Assembly (NCBI GenBank): GCA_963792965.1
Contig: CAWBYW010000004.1
Coordinates: 1 to 64,000 of the forward strand
Source: an uncultured delta proteobacterium
Lineage (GTDB): Bacteria; Desulfobacterota; Zymogenia; Zymogenales; Zymogenaceae
Length of the DNA stretch: 64,000 nt
Reading direction: 5' to 3'
The position numbers and the translations under genes are program-made. Shown piece by piece: positions 41,281 to 51,610 of this stretch. Each line of letters starts with the position of its first letter. Positions within the stretch are counted from its first letter, which is position 1. Under the pieces are notes generated by a model, which did no database searches, was not told the DNA's origin, and saw only the letters and a list, made by a program, of their open reading frames with translations.

Positions 41281-42258
41281 TTATTTCCTGATGGAGGGCG
41301 CCGCGTCCGACGCGCGTGGGAGCGATATCCCGTGTCGGGCAAGGAACGTCTTAACCGCATCGAGGGACGGAATACGCTTGCTGCCGCCGAGACTCGTGCA
41401 GGTAAGCGCCGCCGCTCCCGATGCAAAGAGGGCCGTGATTCTTGCGTCCCACCCCTTGAGCAACCCGACGAGGTAGGCCCCGTGAAAGACGTCGCCGGCG
41501 CCCGTGGTGTTGACGACCTTGACCCGAAAGGCCGGGGTGTGGAAAGAGTCGTCTCGGGTCGTCGTAACGGAGCCGTCGGCTCCGAGCGTTTCGACGACGA
41601 CCCGGGGACCCATCGCGAGCACGGCGCGGGTAGCGATCGTGAGGTCCCCGATCCCGGTAAGGGCGCGCGTCCCCCCTTCACCGCAGATGAGGATGTCCGC
41701 TATTCCGACGAGCTTCCTCATGTGCGGCTTGACCGTCCCATCTCTCGGTTTTTCCAGGTCCATCACGACCTCCTTCCCCGCCTCGTGCATCCAGCGCGCG
41801 GCCGTAATCGACGCCTCGGGATAGAAACCATCGAGGTGCAACAGGCGGGCCCGCGTGATATAGTCCCGGTCAAGCTGCTCAACGGTCAGGGGATAGTCCC
41901 GCATGTGGGCGTTTCTCACGAAGACCCGCTCACCGCCGGCCGCGTGTACGTAGACAAAGGCGACCTGGTTTTCTGGTTTCTGGAGGGCGATCGCGCGGCT
42001 GATGTCGACCCCGTAGTCGGTAAGCGACCTCCTCTTGATCCGTCCAATCTCGTCGCCTCCGATCGTTCCGACGAACCCGGCCCTTACCCCGAGCATGGAT
42101 GCGGCGACGAGCGCCGTTCCCACCGGTCCGCCGCCCTGAAGACAGAAATCGTCGACCCATCCGCCGTGCGCCCAGTCGGGCATCTCGGTGAGGGTGACCA
42201 CGACGTCCACGCACCTCAGCCCGATACCGACGACGTCGAGGCGGTCCGCAGCGTTCAT
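41281..42258 (-). CDS. PfkB-family carbohydrate kinase (sulfofructose kinase-like)
   Basis: GGGPVGTA, LHLDG, TLGADG, NTTGAGDVFHGA. Confidence 0.85.
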   Translation of the reverse strand: MNAADRLDVVGIGLRCVDVVVTLTEMPDWAHGGWVDDFCLQGGGPVGTALVAASMLGVRAGFVGTIGGDEIGRIKRRSLTDYGVDISRAIALQKPENQVAFVYVHAAGGERVFVRNAHMRDYPLTVEQLDRDYITRARLLHLDGFYPEASITAARWMHEAGKEVVMDLEKPRDGTVKPHMRKLVGIADILICGEGGTRALTGIGDLTIATRAVLAMGPRVVVETLGADGSVTTTRDDSFHTPAFRVKVVNTTGAGDVFHGAYLVGLLKGWDARITALFASGAAALTCTSLGGSKRIPSLDAVKTFLARHGISLPRASDAAPSIRK

Positions 42259-42264
42259 CGTGTA

Positions 42265-43398
42265 TTACGAAATCTCGCCGGCGATGACGCCGTCGATAAA
42301 AGATAGTCTTTTCATCGGCAAGAGCCCGAGGAAGGACTGCGTCTGCCGGGCATCCCGAAAGCGCTTTTCCTGGCCGTAGTCGGCCATGTAGCCGTTTCCT
42401 CCCAAGAGCTGGATCCCGTCGGTGGTCACGACGCCGGCCGACTCGGTGGAGTAGATCGCCGCGGCGCGGGCGGCCGACTCCCACCCGGACGCGCCGTCTG
42501 AGAAGGCATCGGCCGCAGATTTCGTCGTCAACTCGGCGACGGTTATTCTGAGCGCCATCCGCGCCAGGATCATCCTGACCTCCGACCAGTTGATAATCTC
42601 CCTCCCTCCCTGAAACCGCTGCCGTGTGTAGGAGAGGGCCTCGTCGAACGATCCCTTCATGATCCCGAGGGCCGTGGCCGAAAGCGGTATGGACATCCGG
42701 TCGGCCACGGCTTGGAAGACGGCGACCGCCCGGCCCTCTTTTCCAACCGGCCGGGCGGGGGTATCGTGGAATGTCATGTCCACAGCGGGGCACGAGCGCA
42801 GCCCCATGCTCAGGATCGGCTCGGAGATGTCGATAGATCCGTCGGCCGTATCGACCAGGAAGAAGGAGACGTCGTCCTTGTCCTTGCCGAGGGCGGGGAG
42901 AAGCGCGTGCGGCGCGATACCGCCGAGGACGACGTATTCCGCTTTCCCCGAGAGTCGAAACGTCGCCCCCGTTTTCTTCGCAGCGAGCAACACCGGGGTC
43001 TGGCCCGGGCTCGCGAGTGAGGGGAACGCCGTCAGGGCGTCGGTGTAGCGGCCGTGCGCGGCGGGAGCTTTCTTAAGGAGGTTCTCGGCGCCGGCCTCGA
43101 CGATAATTTGCTGGGCGAGGCTTGATGAGAAGATGATTCCCGAAAGCGACGCGTCGTTCATGGAGATCTCCTCAAGAATCACGGAGAGCGCACGCATATC
43201 CCTCCCCGAGCCCCCCACCCCTTCGGGGAGGCAGATGGTGAAGAACCCCGCCTCGTGGGCCTTCTTCAAGACGTCGGAAAAAAACGGGCCGAAGGGATAG
43301 CGGTCGCGTTGTTCTCGATCCGACCTCAGCTCCTTCTTTGAAAAATCTGCCGCGAGCCTACTCAGCATCGCCAGTTCCGTTTTCGGTGTGTCGGTCAT
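42265..43398 (-). CDS. Acyl-CoA dehydrogenase-like subunit lacking the C-terminal YEG glutamate
   Basis: LSGKAEYV, MGLRSCP, RQRFQGG, QLLGGNGYM, RDARQTQSFLG. Confidence 0.8.
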   Translation of the reverse strand: MTDTPKTELAMLSRLAADFSKKELRSDREQRDRYPFGPFFSDVLKKAHEAGFFTICLPEGVGGSGRDMRALSVILEEISMNDASLSGIIFSSSLAQQIIVEAGAENLLKKAPAAHGRYTDALTAFPSLASPGQTPVLLAAKKTGATFRLSGKAEYVVLGGIAPHALLPALGKDKDDVSFFLVDTADGSIDISEPILSMGLRSCPAVDMTFHDTPARPVGKEGRAVAVFQAVADRMSIPLSATALGIMKGSFDEALSYTRQRFQGGREIINWSEVRMILARMALRITVAELTTKSAADAFSDGASGWESAARAAAIYSTESAGVVTTDGIQLLGGNGYMADYGQEKRFRDARQTQSFLGLLPMKRLSFIDGVIAGEIS

Positions 43399-44910
43399 GG
43401 CTGTTGTCCCCGTTGCTCAAACATAAACGATCTGTCCTGGCCGCGCTCAATGAGGTTCTTGTACAACGCCAGACGGTTAAGCTGGTTTGTCCCCTCATAG
43501 ATCTGAAGCAGCTTTGCGTCCCGGGCGATCTTCTCGGCCCCGACGTCGTGGCGCAGGCCCTTTGCCCCCATTAATTCAAGTGCAAGGCGCGCATTTTGCG
43601 CGGCGGCGTCGGTGGCGGAGAATTTCGCCATCGAGCCCCATCCCGCGGCACGCCGCCGCTCATGCTCGGACTGCAGGCCGAAATTGACCCACCTGAACCA
43701 CCGGGTTGTGATGTCAAGCCCCATGAGCGGCGAGAGGAGATCCAGGATGGGGCGCGGGGTATATTTCATCGCGTAAAAGACGGGCTTCATCTGCAGGAAC
43801 TTGTACATTCCGGCAAGGCCGTTAACGTAGTTCGACTCGACATATGCCAAGCGCGCCAAGAGGACGTTCTTCAACATCTCGGCGAGCATCATCTGGGCCC
43901 ACTCATGCCGGACGAGGAGTTTTCCGTCCACCTCGGTCGTCCGCGCGAAGGCAAGCGCCTTCTCGTAGGCCCCCCGCGCGGCGCCGGCGCCAAACGCCGC
44001 CACCCCCGCCCGCGACGACGAAAGGACATAGTCGAGGAACCGCTCCTGAATTTGCCGTATCGGCAGTTTGAGCCGGGCGGACTGGATACGGTCCAGACAG
44101 ACCTGATCGTCGGGAACGAAGCAGTCCTCGAAGATTAATTCGCTGGCGGGGCACCCCCGCTGGCCCATCTTGTGTTCCTGCCTCCCGAAGGAAAATCCGT
44201 CGGCCCCGGTCTTGACGGCGACCACGACGGCGGATTGGTCCGGACGCAGTTTTGTCCTCATAGGCCGTTACGACATGCCACGTGGAAAGGTGCCCGTTGG
44301 AGATGAATATCTTTCGCCCATTGAGAAGATAGCCGCCGGCTATGCGCTCTGCCCGGCAGGTGACGTGCGCCCGACTCACGAGGTCGATATCCTCAACGTC
44401 GGTCCCCGCGCCCGGCTCGGTGATCGCAAGCGAGATGAGGCACGGCTCTTTTGTTCGCTCTCCCTGTTTTGTGTCTCGCATAAGGCGGTTCATGAGGGCG
44501 CCGTTCCACGAGCCGCAGACGGTGGCGACGCCGAGGTAATGGACGCCGATGAGGTTGGCCATGGCCAGACATTCGGAGGCGATCTCCTCCATGAAGTAGG
44601 AGACGGCGGGGAAGTTCATCCCCTTTCCCCCGAAGACACGCGGCAGGAAGAGCGTGTAAAAACCCCACTCGTTCGCGGTCCGAACGAAGTCCCACGGGAG
44701 ATGGTCGGGCTCTTCCTGCTTTTTCCTGTCAAGCGGGAGGGTGTACGGCTTGACTACCTCGTCTACGAACCTGCGCGCCGTCGTGATGACTTCTTTTGTC
44801 TCGCTGATCATCGCGTGTGGAAGACGCGGCACGGAAAGGAGACTTGCCGCGATGTCGTCAAAGCGCGGCTCCCGGTAGAGGAGCCGGCGGTCCGCTCTCT
44901 TGTAAAACAT
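43395..44910 (-). CDS. Acyl-CoA dehydrogenase (one frameshift near 44250)
   Basis: AITEPGAGTD, LNGRKIFISNG, KMGQRG, RDAKLLQIYEGTNQ. Confidence 0.85.
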
Positions 44911-45162
44911 CCCTGCCTCCCCTGATGGCATTGAATCCGTGCGACCTATTTTTTCATATTACGACGGTGAATACAACAGATTTTCACGAGTGTCGCTGGG
45001 GGCCGGCTCGGGGGAAACGCATCTCGCGGACATGACCGGTGAGCGAGCCCAACGGGTTTGGCCGGATTGTTCGTCTTCCCGTCCGGAGCACGGGTCCTGT
45101 CTCGGTACCACTTTTTTGCTCTCTCTTGGGCGGTTTTTATGGTATAAAGATATAAATATCTT

Positions 45163-45966
45163 ATGGAGGCACCTGTCGTGACGGTCAAGCGAGGACCTTC
45201 CGATCTCTCGGGCGAGCCGTTTCTCTATCGATTCCTTATTCTGAAGGTAGGGCTGGTGGTGTTCTTTCTCGTGAGCCTCTTCTACAAGACATCGAAGAAA
45301 TATTTCATCCGGCGGGAAAACGAGGAGCGCCTTTTCCGTGAGAGGAAGCCCGTCATCCTTGCGCACTATCACTATTGGGACGTCTTCTACCTGTTCAACT
45401 TTCAGCATCGCCGCCATGCGATCATGTGTGGGGATCGCTGGGGTGGCGACCTTGGCGCCTATCTGCTTGCACGGGTCGGCACCGAAACGGTACGCCGGAC
45501 AACCCGGGATATGGACCCGACCGACCCGGGATTTATCTCCGGAGAGGCGGCACGGGAGGAGCTCTCGTGGCTCCTCAGGGAGGAGGGGTATAACACGGCC
45601 GTTACGGTGGACGGGCCGCGGGGGCCGATTTTCAGAGTCAAACACGGCATTTTGGATCTGGCCTCCGAGACCGGGGCGCCGATCCTGACGATGGGGGTGG
45701 CCATCCACCCACGCGTCACCATTCCCACTTGGGACCGGATGCTCATCCCGGTCCCGTTTTCGACAATCGTCACCATATTCGGCGGGCCGTTCTTCGTGCC
45801 TAAGGGCGCTGACGCGAGGACAAAAGAAAAAATCCGCCTGTCGCTTGAGGAGTATATGATTGCCATGAAGGATCTCTGTGAGGAAGCCTCGCGCGATAAG
45901 AAGAAGATGAGAGAGCTGATCAACGGCGAGATCCCCATTCCGGCCCTTTCGCCGGCGGATGACTGA
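45163..45966 (+). CDS. DUF374 lysophospholipid acyltransferase-family protein
   Basis: VTVDGPRGP, WDRMLIPVPFS. Confidence 0.75.
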   Translation: MEAPVVTVKRGPSDLSGEPFLYRFLILKVGLVVFFLVSLFYKTSKKYFIRRENEERLFRERKPVILAHYHYWDVFYLFNFQHRRHAIMCGDRWGGDLGAYLLARVGTETVRRTTRDMDPTDPGFISGEAAREELSWLLREEGYNTAVTVDGPRGPIFRVKHGILDLASETGAPILTMGVAIHPRVTIPTWDRMLIPVPFSTIVTIFGGPFFVPKGADARTKEKIRLSLEEYMIAMKDLCEEASRDKKKMRELINGEIPIPALSPADD

Positions 45967-46098
45967 GCGGGCCGAGCCTCCTTGGTCGGGGGGGGTGATC
46001 AGGGGATACGCATATCTCCCATAGCGTCAACGACGCGTAAACCTGACGTAATTCTACCCGTTCACGATAATTTGCTGTCCCACTAAGGCGAGAACGCT

Positions 46099-47070
46099 AT
46101 GTCCGGAAAAGACGCATTCGACATTTTTCAGCTGTCGGACACCCACTTCGACGGCGAGAACCCCGAGATGTTCGGCCTGGTCCTTGACTACCTCATCGAT
46201 ATCGCCCCGCGTTACGTTTTGTTCACCGGCGATATCATCAACAGCCCGCGTGACGACATAAAGACGCTGACGAAGATGCTCCATGCCGCCCTCGGGAGGG
46301 TGAAACAAAAGTCCGGGGTAAAGCCCGTCTTGCTGGTGGTGCCGGGTAACCACGACTTCTACTGGAAAGGGACCTACGGGTTCAAGGTCTCGCAGAAGTT
46401 TCACGGCGCTTTCACGGAGCAGGAGCGCTCGTTTCACTTTTCGCCCCAAAACGAGATTACCATCGCCCCCTTTGACTCCAACCAGCTCTACGAGCCGCGG
46501 GGAGGGCCCTGGCGGAGCCTCCTGCAGATCATCCGGTACAAGACGCACGGCCTCATCATCGAGAAGGATCTCGACGAATTTTCCGAGAGGATCCGCCAGC
46601 TCAGGCGGTCCGCCGAGCGCGCGGCCTACGATGGGTCGTTGAAGATCGCCATGGTCCACCACCACCCGATGCCGACGTCATACGCCGTGTTGCCGCCGCT
46701 GGCAGAAGAGGGCTTCATGATGCTGGAGAACGCGGGGGTCTTTATCCGCCGGCTCATCGATGAGGACTTCGATCTGATCGTCCACGGTCACCGCCACTAC
46801 CCGCAGTTTTGCCGCGCCGTCTATCTCGATTCCGAGGGCGAGGAAAGGATGATCTCGGTGTTGGGGTGCGGGTCATCCAGCAAGAGCACCGATATGTGGA
46901 TCCGCATGCTGGGCCACAACTTCAACGTCATCCATGTCAGAGAGGACCGCACGGTCACCGCCGAGCAATATTTCAAGTTCGGAACCGGCGAATTTCTTCC
47001 CGCCAAGAAGATCATCACGATCAAGGGGCCGAAAGCGACACCGAAGGGTGGCCATGGCACACTCGGATGA
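46099..47070 (+). CDS. Metallophosphoesterase
   Basis: SDTHF, TGD, PGNHD, HHHP, HGHRH. Confidence 0.85.
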   Translation: MSGKDAFDIFQLSDTHFDGENPEMFGLVLDYLIDIAPRYVLFTGDIINSPRDDIKTLTKMLHAALGRVKQKSGVKPVLLVVPGNHDFYWKGTYGFKVSQKFHGAFTEQERSFHFSPQNEITIAPFDSNQLYEPRGGPWRSLLQIIRYKTHGLIIEKDLDEFSERIRQLRRSAERAAYDGSLKIAMVHHHPMPTSYAVLPPLAEEGFMMLENAGVFIRRLIDEDFDLIVHGHRHYPQFCRAVYLDSEGEERMISVLGCGSSSKSTDMWIRMLGHNFNVIHVREDRTVTAEQYFKFGTGEFLPAKKIITIKGPKATPKGGHGTLG

Positions 47071-47731
47071 TCCGGCGCGCGCCTTCAGAGCGCGAGCAAC
47101 CAGGACCTTTAACTCGGCTTCGTCCTTCTACGGCCTGTTCGACCACTTCTCGAGAGAGATCCTGACAAGGACCGCAGACGAGCTGTCGCGGGCCGTTCCC
47201 ATGGGGACAGGCACTCTGATCCTTGAGGTCTTCTGCGCGACCGGGCTCTTTTCCCGGATCCTGGCCGGGACGGGGGCTCGAGTCTTTGGCGCAGACCTCT
47301 CGCCCGAAATGGTTCGCCACGCCGAACGGGAAGGGGAGGGTTTTGGGGTCGATTTTCTGGTGGCGGACGCGGCCGACCTCCCGTTTCCCGACGACTCCTT
47401 CGACCTTCTTGTCGCGGCCAGGGGGCTCCACGCCATGCCGGAATCGGTCCGGGACGGCGTAGTCCGGGAGATCTATCGGGTGAGCCGCGGGCATGCCCTC
47501 TTCATCGAGCCGAAGCGGCCGATCTCATTGTCCGCGCGGGCGGTAATGGGCATCCTCGAACGGCTCGAGGGAGGGTACGAAGACTATCGGAAATTCGTCG
47601 AGATGGATTTTGTCCGGTATCTGACGGGACACGGTTTTTCGTGCCGGACCCTGGTGCCCTATGAAGGAGAGCACATTATCCTCTGTGGAAAGGGAGCCGG
47701 CACCCTCCCCTACAGGGCTGCCGCAACGTAA
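47054..47731 (+). CDS. Class I SAM-dependent methyltransferase (UbiE-like)
   Basis: LEVFCATG, ADLSPEM, DAADLPFPDDSFD, EIYRV. Confidence 0.8.
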   Translation: MAHSDDPARAFRARATRTFNSASSFYGLFDHFSREILTRTADELSRAVPMGTGTLILEVFCATGLFSRILAGTGARVFGADLSPEMVRHAEREGEGFGVDFLVADAADLPFPDDSFDLLVAARGLHAMPESVRDGVVREIYRVSRGHALFIEPKRPISLSARAVMGILERLEGGYEDYRKFVEMDFVRYLTGHGFSCRTLVPYEGEHIILCGKGAGTLPYRAAAT

Positions 47732-47808
47732 TCGACCCCCGTTTCTTGGATGGAGACCCTCCTTTGGCTTGACAAGAGGCCGCTTCACCGGTTATCATTA
47801 TTGGTGAA

Positions 47809-49035
47809 ATGGACAAAGACCCCCGGAACGACTTCTCCATCAACGCGATGGCTCTCACGATCTTCACCACCAACATCGGGGGCGGCATCATCATCTCCAT
47901 CCTGTCGCTCTACGTCAGGCACCTCAACATCAGCCTGTCGCTCGCGGGGCTCGTTATCTCACTGTTCGCGATCACCCGCGCGATCTCCCAGCCCATCGTC
48001 GGCCAGTTCATAGACAAAATCGATCCCCGTCCCGTCATAACCACCGGGATCATTGTCTTTACCCTCGCCTCGGCGGCGCCGGCCATCCCCAACGCAATCC
48101 TCCTGTTTACCGCCCGGGCTTTCCTCGGCATTGCCTCCGGCATGGTGGTGGTGGCTTGCTATACGATCATCGCGCGCCTTTACGCGGACGCCTACTCGCG
48201 GAGAATGGCAAACGCGCGCTTCATGGTCCTGGAGATGATCGGCTCGATCCTTGGGCCTGTGCTCGGATCGGTGATTTTCTGGCTCTCCGGCTCGTTCTCG
48301 TCTCCCTTCATCATATGCTCGATGTTCGGGCTGATCGCCCTGGCGATCTTTTTGAAGCGATACAAACAGATCGGCGGGAGCACCTCGCACCTCTCACATG
48401 CCGACGAGGACCCGCATAAGGTAAAGTCGGCCTTCGCGCAGGGCGGCTTCCCGGTCCTGATGACCCTTTCCACGCTAAATTTCCTGTTGATGTTCGTCTG
48501 GGGCGGGCTCATCCTCATCATGCCGCTCTACGCCGATTCGGTGGGGATCGCCGGCTACAAGGCCGGCTATCTTTTCGGAGCGCTGTCGTTCGGGATGATC
48601 TTTTCCATCTGGCTGACCCAGCGGGAGTTTCTCGGCAACACGCCCATAGAGCTGCTGATTATCGTGGGGAGCATCTTCTCGCTCATTCCCCTCACGGCGC
48701 TCATCTTTACGAAGAGCTTCGCGGCATGGCTTGGGATTTTCTGCGGCATGGGAATGGGGGTGGGGGTTCTCTTTCCGGTCTTCCCGTCGCTTGCGTCCGA
48801 AGCGATCCTCAACCGGCCCGGCAAGGGGGTGAGCTATCTCGAGATGGGGGGCAACATAGGATTTATACTCGGCCCGATCCTCTCGGGCTTCTTTATCAAG
48901 GGGGGCGACGTGTCGCTCTCGTTTTATTTTGAGATCGCCGTCTCGTACATTACGCTCCCCGGCGCGATCGCCTTGATTGTCTTACGGCGACGGTCCGCGC
49001 TCGGGAAAAGGACGTTAGGGCAGGAGAGTCTTTGA
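47809..49035 (+). CDS. MFS transporter
   Basis: About 12 hydrophobic segments, GQFIDK, RAFLG, GPVLG; TTGACA-18-TATCAT promoter just upstream. Confidence 0.82.
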   Translation: MDKDPRNDFSINAMALTIFTTNIGGGIIISILSLYVRHLNISLSLAGLVISLFAITRAISQPIVGQFIDKIDPRPVITTGIIVFTLASAAPAIPNAILLFTARAFLGIASGMVVVACYTIIARLYADAYSRRMANARFMVLEMIGSILGPVLGSVIFWLSGSFSSPFIICSMFGLIALAIFLKRYKQIGGSTSHLSHADEDPHKVKSAFAQGGFPVLMTLSTLNFLLMFVWGGLILIMPLYADSVGIAGYKAGYLFGALSFGMIFSIWLTQREFLGNTPIELLIIVGSIFSLIPLTALIFTKSFAAWLGIFCGMGMGVGVLFPVFPSLASEAILNRPGKGVSYLEMGGNIGFILGPILSGFFIKGGDVSLSFYFEIAVSYITLPGAIALIVLRRRSALGKRTLGQESL

Positions 49036-49671
49036 TTCGACGAAGGCGACGCCCATCTCCTCCATCGTCGCCAGAGATTGTTCCAGATGCCCCGGTGGAG
49101 AAGCCACCGGTCTGGTGAGGTCGATGATTACCGCCGCCTCAAATCCCATCGAGACGGCGTCCTTTGCGCTGTAAAAGACGCAGTAGTCCAGCGCGAGCCC
49201 CGAAAGGAAAACCCGCCTGACGTTCTTCACCCGCAGGTAGCCGGAGAGGCCCGTCTCGGTGACCATGTCGTTTTCCATCAAGACCGAATAGCTGTCGATG
49301 TTGAGATGGTAGCCTTTTCTCAGGACGAGGGTGGCGCGGTCGGCATCGAACCTTGGGTGGAATTGGGCACCCTTAGTCCCCTGGACGCAATGGTCGGGCC
49401 AGAGGACCGGCCCGAGCCCCGGCGCCTCGTAGAGGTCGTACGGCTTTTTCCCGGGATGGGCGGCCGCAAAGGACCTGTGACCCGCCGGGTGCCAGTCCTG
49501 AGTCGCCACGACCGTCTTAAAAAGAGGGAGGATCCTGTTGATGCCGTCGACGATCTTATCGCCCTCGACGACCGGGAGGTTTCCCCCGGGCATGAAATCG
49601 GGCTGCAGGTCCACGACGATCAGGGCGTCATCAGGTCTTACGCTGATTTCTTTTGTATAGTTCACGTCCAC
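49015..49671 (-). CDS. pncA: Nicotinamidase/pyrazinamidase
   Basis: VDLQPDF, TQDWHP..H.SF, WPDHCVQGT, KG...DSYS, LALDYCV; AAGGAG RBS before GTG 49671. Confidence 0.9.
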   Translation of the reverse strand: MDVNYTKEISVRPDDALIVVDLQPDFMPGGNLPVVEGDKIVDGINRILPLFKTVVATQDWHPAGHRSFAAAHPGKKPYDLYEAPGLGPVLWPDHCVQGTKGAQFHPRFDADRATLVLRKGYHLNIDSYSVLMENDMVTETGLSGYLRVKNVRRVFLSGLALDYCVFYSAKDAVSMGFEAAVIIDLTRPVASPPGHLEQSLATMEEMGVAFVESKTLLP

Positions 49672-49795
49672 GCGAGTCGTTCTCCTTTCTCGTGTAACTA
49701 TAATGATATCGTTTTTTGGTGTCAAGCGAAATACCAAGAATCGGCTGAGAAATGGATATTGTAATTGAAATCGACTTTTGGTACAATGGCAGGCA

Positions 49796-50662
49796 ATGAT
49801 CAAGGACGTTATCATAGAGACGGTACGGGGGCGGATCGTGTTTTCCTGTCCCCACTGCCTGGTCGGGGACGTCTTTTCCTCTGACACCGTCAGGGAGATA
49901 ACGGGTACGAACGCCGCCGTAAAGTGCCCGCGCTGCAACTATATGGTGGCGATCAACAAATCGAAGATCGAAGCGGCGGTTACGAAGCTTGTCTCCGGGG
50001 ATCCTTTCCTCAAGAACCCCCTTTCGGGTCAAAATGAAGAACCCCCCCCGGCGACGCACGAGCCCCCGCAAAGCTCGGTGGCCCCGTCTCCCAAACCACC
50101 CATGCCCCCCGCGAGCGAATCACCGGGCCGGGCCGCGCCCGCCCACAGGGCAACGCACGCGCAAAAAGCGGGGCGGTCCTCCGATCCGGCGCTTCATTTC
50201 GAGAAACTGCCGGCCGATTACGTCATGCGACAGGTACACGGGGACAAAGGGACGCCGATGCCGTCGGCGGTGGGGCTCAACGACCTCATCCTCGTGGTGG
50301 AAGAGGACAGTACGTTCAGGGACGATATCTGGATCATCTTTTCCGATATCGCCCGGGTGGAGGGGTACCGTGGGGTGAAAGGAGCGGCCGACTATATCAG
50401 GAAGCGCGCCGACGAAGTCACCATCATGATGATGGACATGCAGCTCGGAGACGGCAGCTGTTTTGAGGTGTTGGACGCCCTTAAGAACGAGGGCCGGTCC
50501 TCACGCATCCCAACGATCGTCGCCTACACCACTCCGGACGAATACGACGTCGTCAAGATGGGGATCGGCAGCTATCCCCAGGTCAAGGCTGTCATCCAGA
50601 AAGAGGAGCTGATCAAAAAAATGATCGAGCTTTCCATCAAGATCGTTAAAAAGGGAGCGTGA
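49796..50662 (+). CDS. Zinc-ribbon + Pro-rich linker + receiver-domain protein (paralog 1)
   Basis: CPHC...CPRC; ILVVEED, MMMDMQLGDG, IQK. Confidence 0.7.
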   Translation: MIKDVIIETVRGRIVFSCPHCLVGDVFSSDTVREITGTNAAVKCPRCNYMVAINKSKIEAAVTKLVSGDPFLKNPLSGQNEEPPPATHEPPQSSVAPSPKPPMPPASESPGRAAPAHRATHAQKAGRSSDPALHFEKLPADYVMRQVHGDKGTPMPSAVGLNDLILVVEEDSTFRDDIWIIFSDIARVEGYRGVKGAADYIRKRADEVTIMMMDMQLGDGSCFEVLDALKNEGRSSRIPTIVAYTTPDEYDVVKMGIGSYPQVKAVIQKEELIKKMIELSIKIVKKGA

Positions 50663-50800
50663 CGGGATCCCCACTTCCCTCCATTCCTCGAGCCACCGTA
50701 AAAAAATAACGCAACGAAAAAAAATCATTCTTTAACCGCGCGTCTTGTGGTATGATTTTTCGGTTTTCTAAGGACGCGCTTTCATTTTCCGATAGTAGAT

Positions 50801-51514
50801 ATGCCCATGGCGCCCGACATCCTCATCAACATCGTCAATTCCGTGATCGTCTTTACCTGCCCCTCCTGCGGAAAAACCGGCGGGTTTGGGCTTGAAGAGA
50901 TCAGGAAAATGGGCAGGGCCGGTGAAAGCGCCGTCTACCCGTGCGGCCACTGCGGCGCCGAGGCCTCCTTCGATTCAGCCACAATCGAGGGGACCGTGCG
51001 TCTCATGAAAAAGGACAACCCGGGATTGAGAGGACCGTTCGGCGTGAAGTTCGAGGAGGCCTCAGAGATCAGGGTCAGACCGGTGGGCAGTCCGGGTGAG
51101 GGAGGGAAGGGGGCAGGTCCGGCGGCCGGCGATCACGGGGTGATCGTCGTTATCGACAGCGACGAGTCCTACCGGAAGGATGTCCAGGTGATCTTCGAGG
51201 GGTTGGCGCGGGTGAAGGCCTACGGCGGGTCGAAGGGGGCGGTAGATTTCATCAAGAAGTGGGCGCAAGAGGCGATCCTGATGATCATCGACGTTTACCT
51301 GGGCGACGGGACGTTCATAGACGTCTTAGGAGGGCTGAAAGAGAGCGAAGAGGCAAGCAAGATCTCGACGATCGTGGTACACCCCACCCGGAAGGACCGA
51401 GCCATCATCGAGCAGATGGTGCTGCCCTACCCACAGGTCAAGCGCATCATCCACAAGGACGAGCTCCTCAAGCGCCTGTCCGAGGTGGCCGAGAAGTTCC
51501 CGAAGAAGGGGTGA
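50801..51514 (+). CDS. Zinc-ribbon + receiver-domain protein (paralog 2)
   Basis: CPSC...CGHC; IVVIDSD, IIDVYLGDG, YPQVK..IHK; clearly similar to the preceding ORF. Confidence 0.7.
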   Translation: MPMAPDILINIVNSVIVFTCPSCGKTGGFGLEEIRKMGRAGESAVYPCGHCGAEASFDSATIEGTVRLMKKDNPGLRGPFGVKFEEASEIRVRPVGSPGEGGKGAGPAAGDHGVIVVIDSDESYRKDVQVIFEGLARVKAYGGSKGAVDFIKKWAQEAILMIIDVYLGDGTFIDVLGGLKESEEASKISTIVVHPTRKDRAIIEQMVLPYPQVKRIIHKDELLKRLSEVAEKFPKKG

Positions 51515-51610
51515 GGGGATGAACACGCGAGATTAGCCTATTGCCGCCGCCGTGACGTGCCAACTCGGTGCCCGCTCCAGACGTGAGATAAGCCGCAACA
51601 GTACCTCTAT

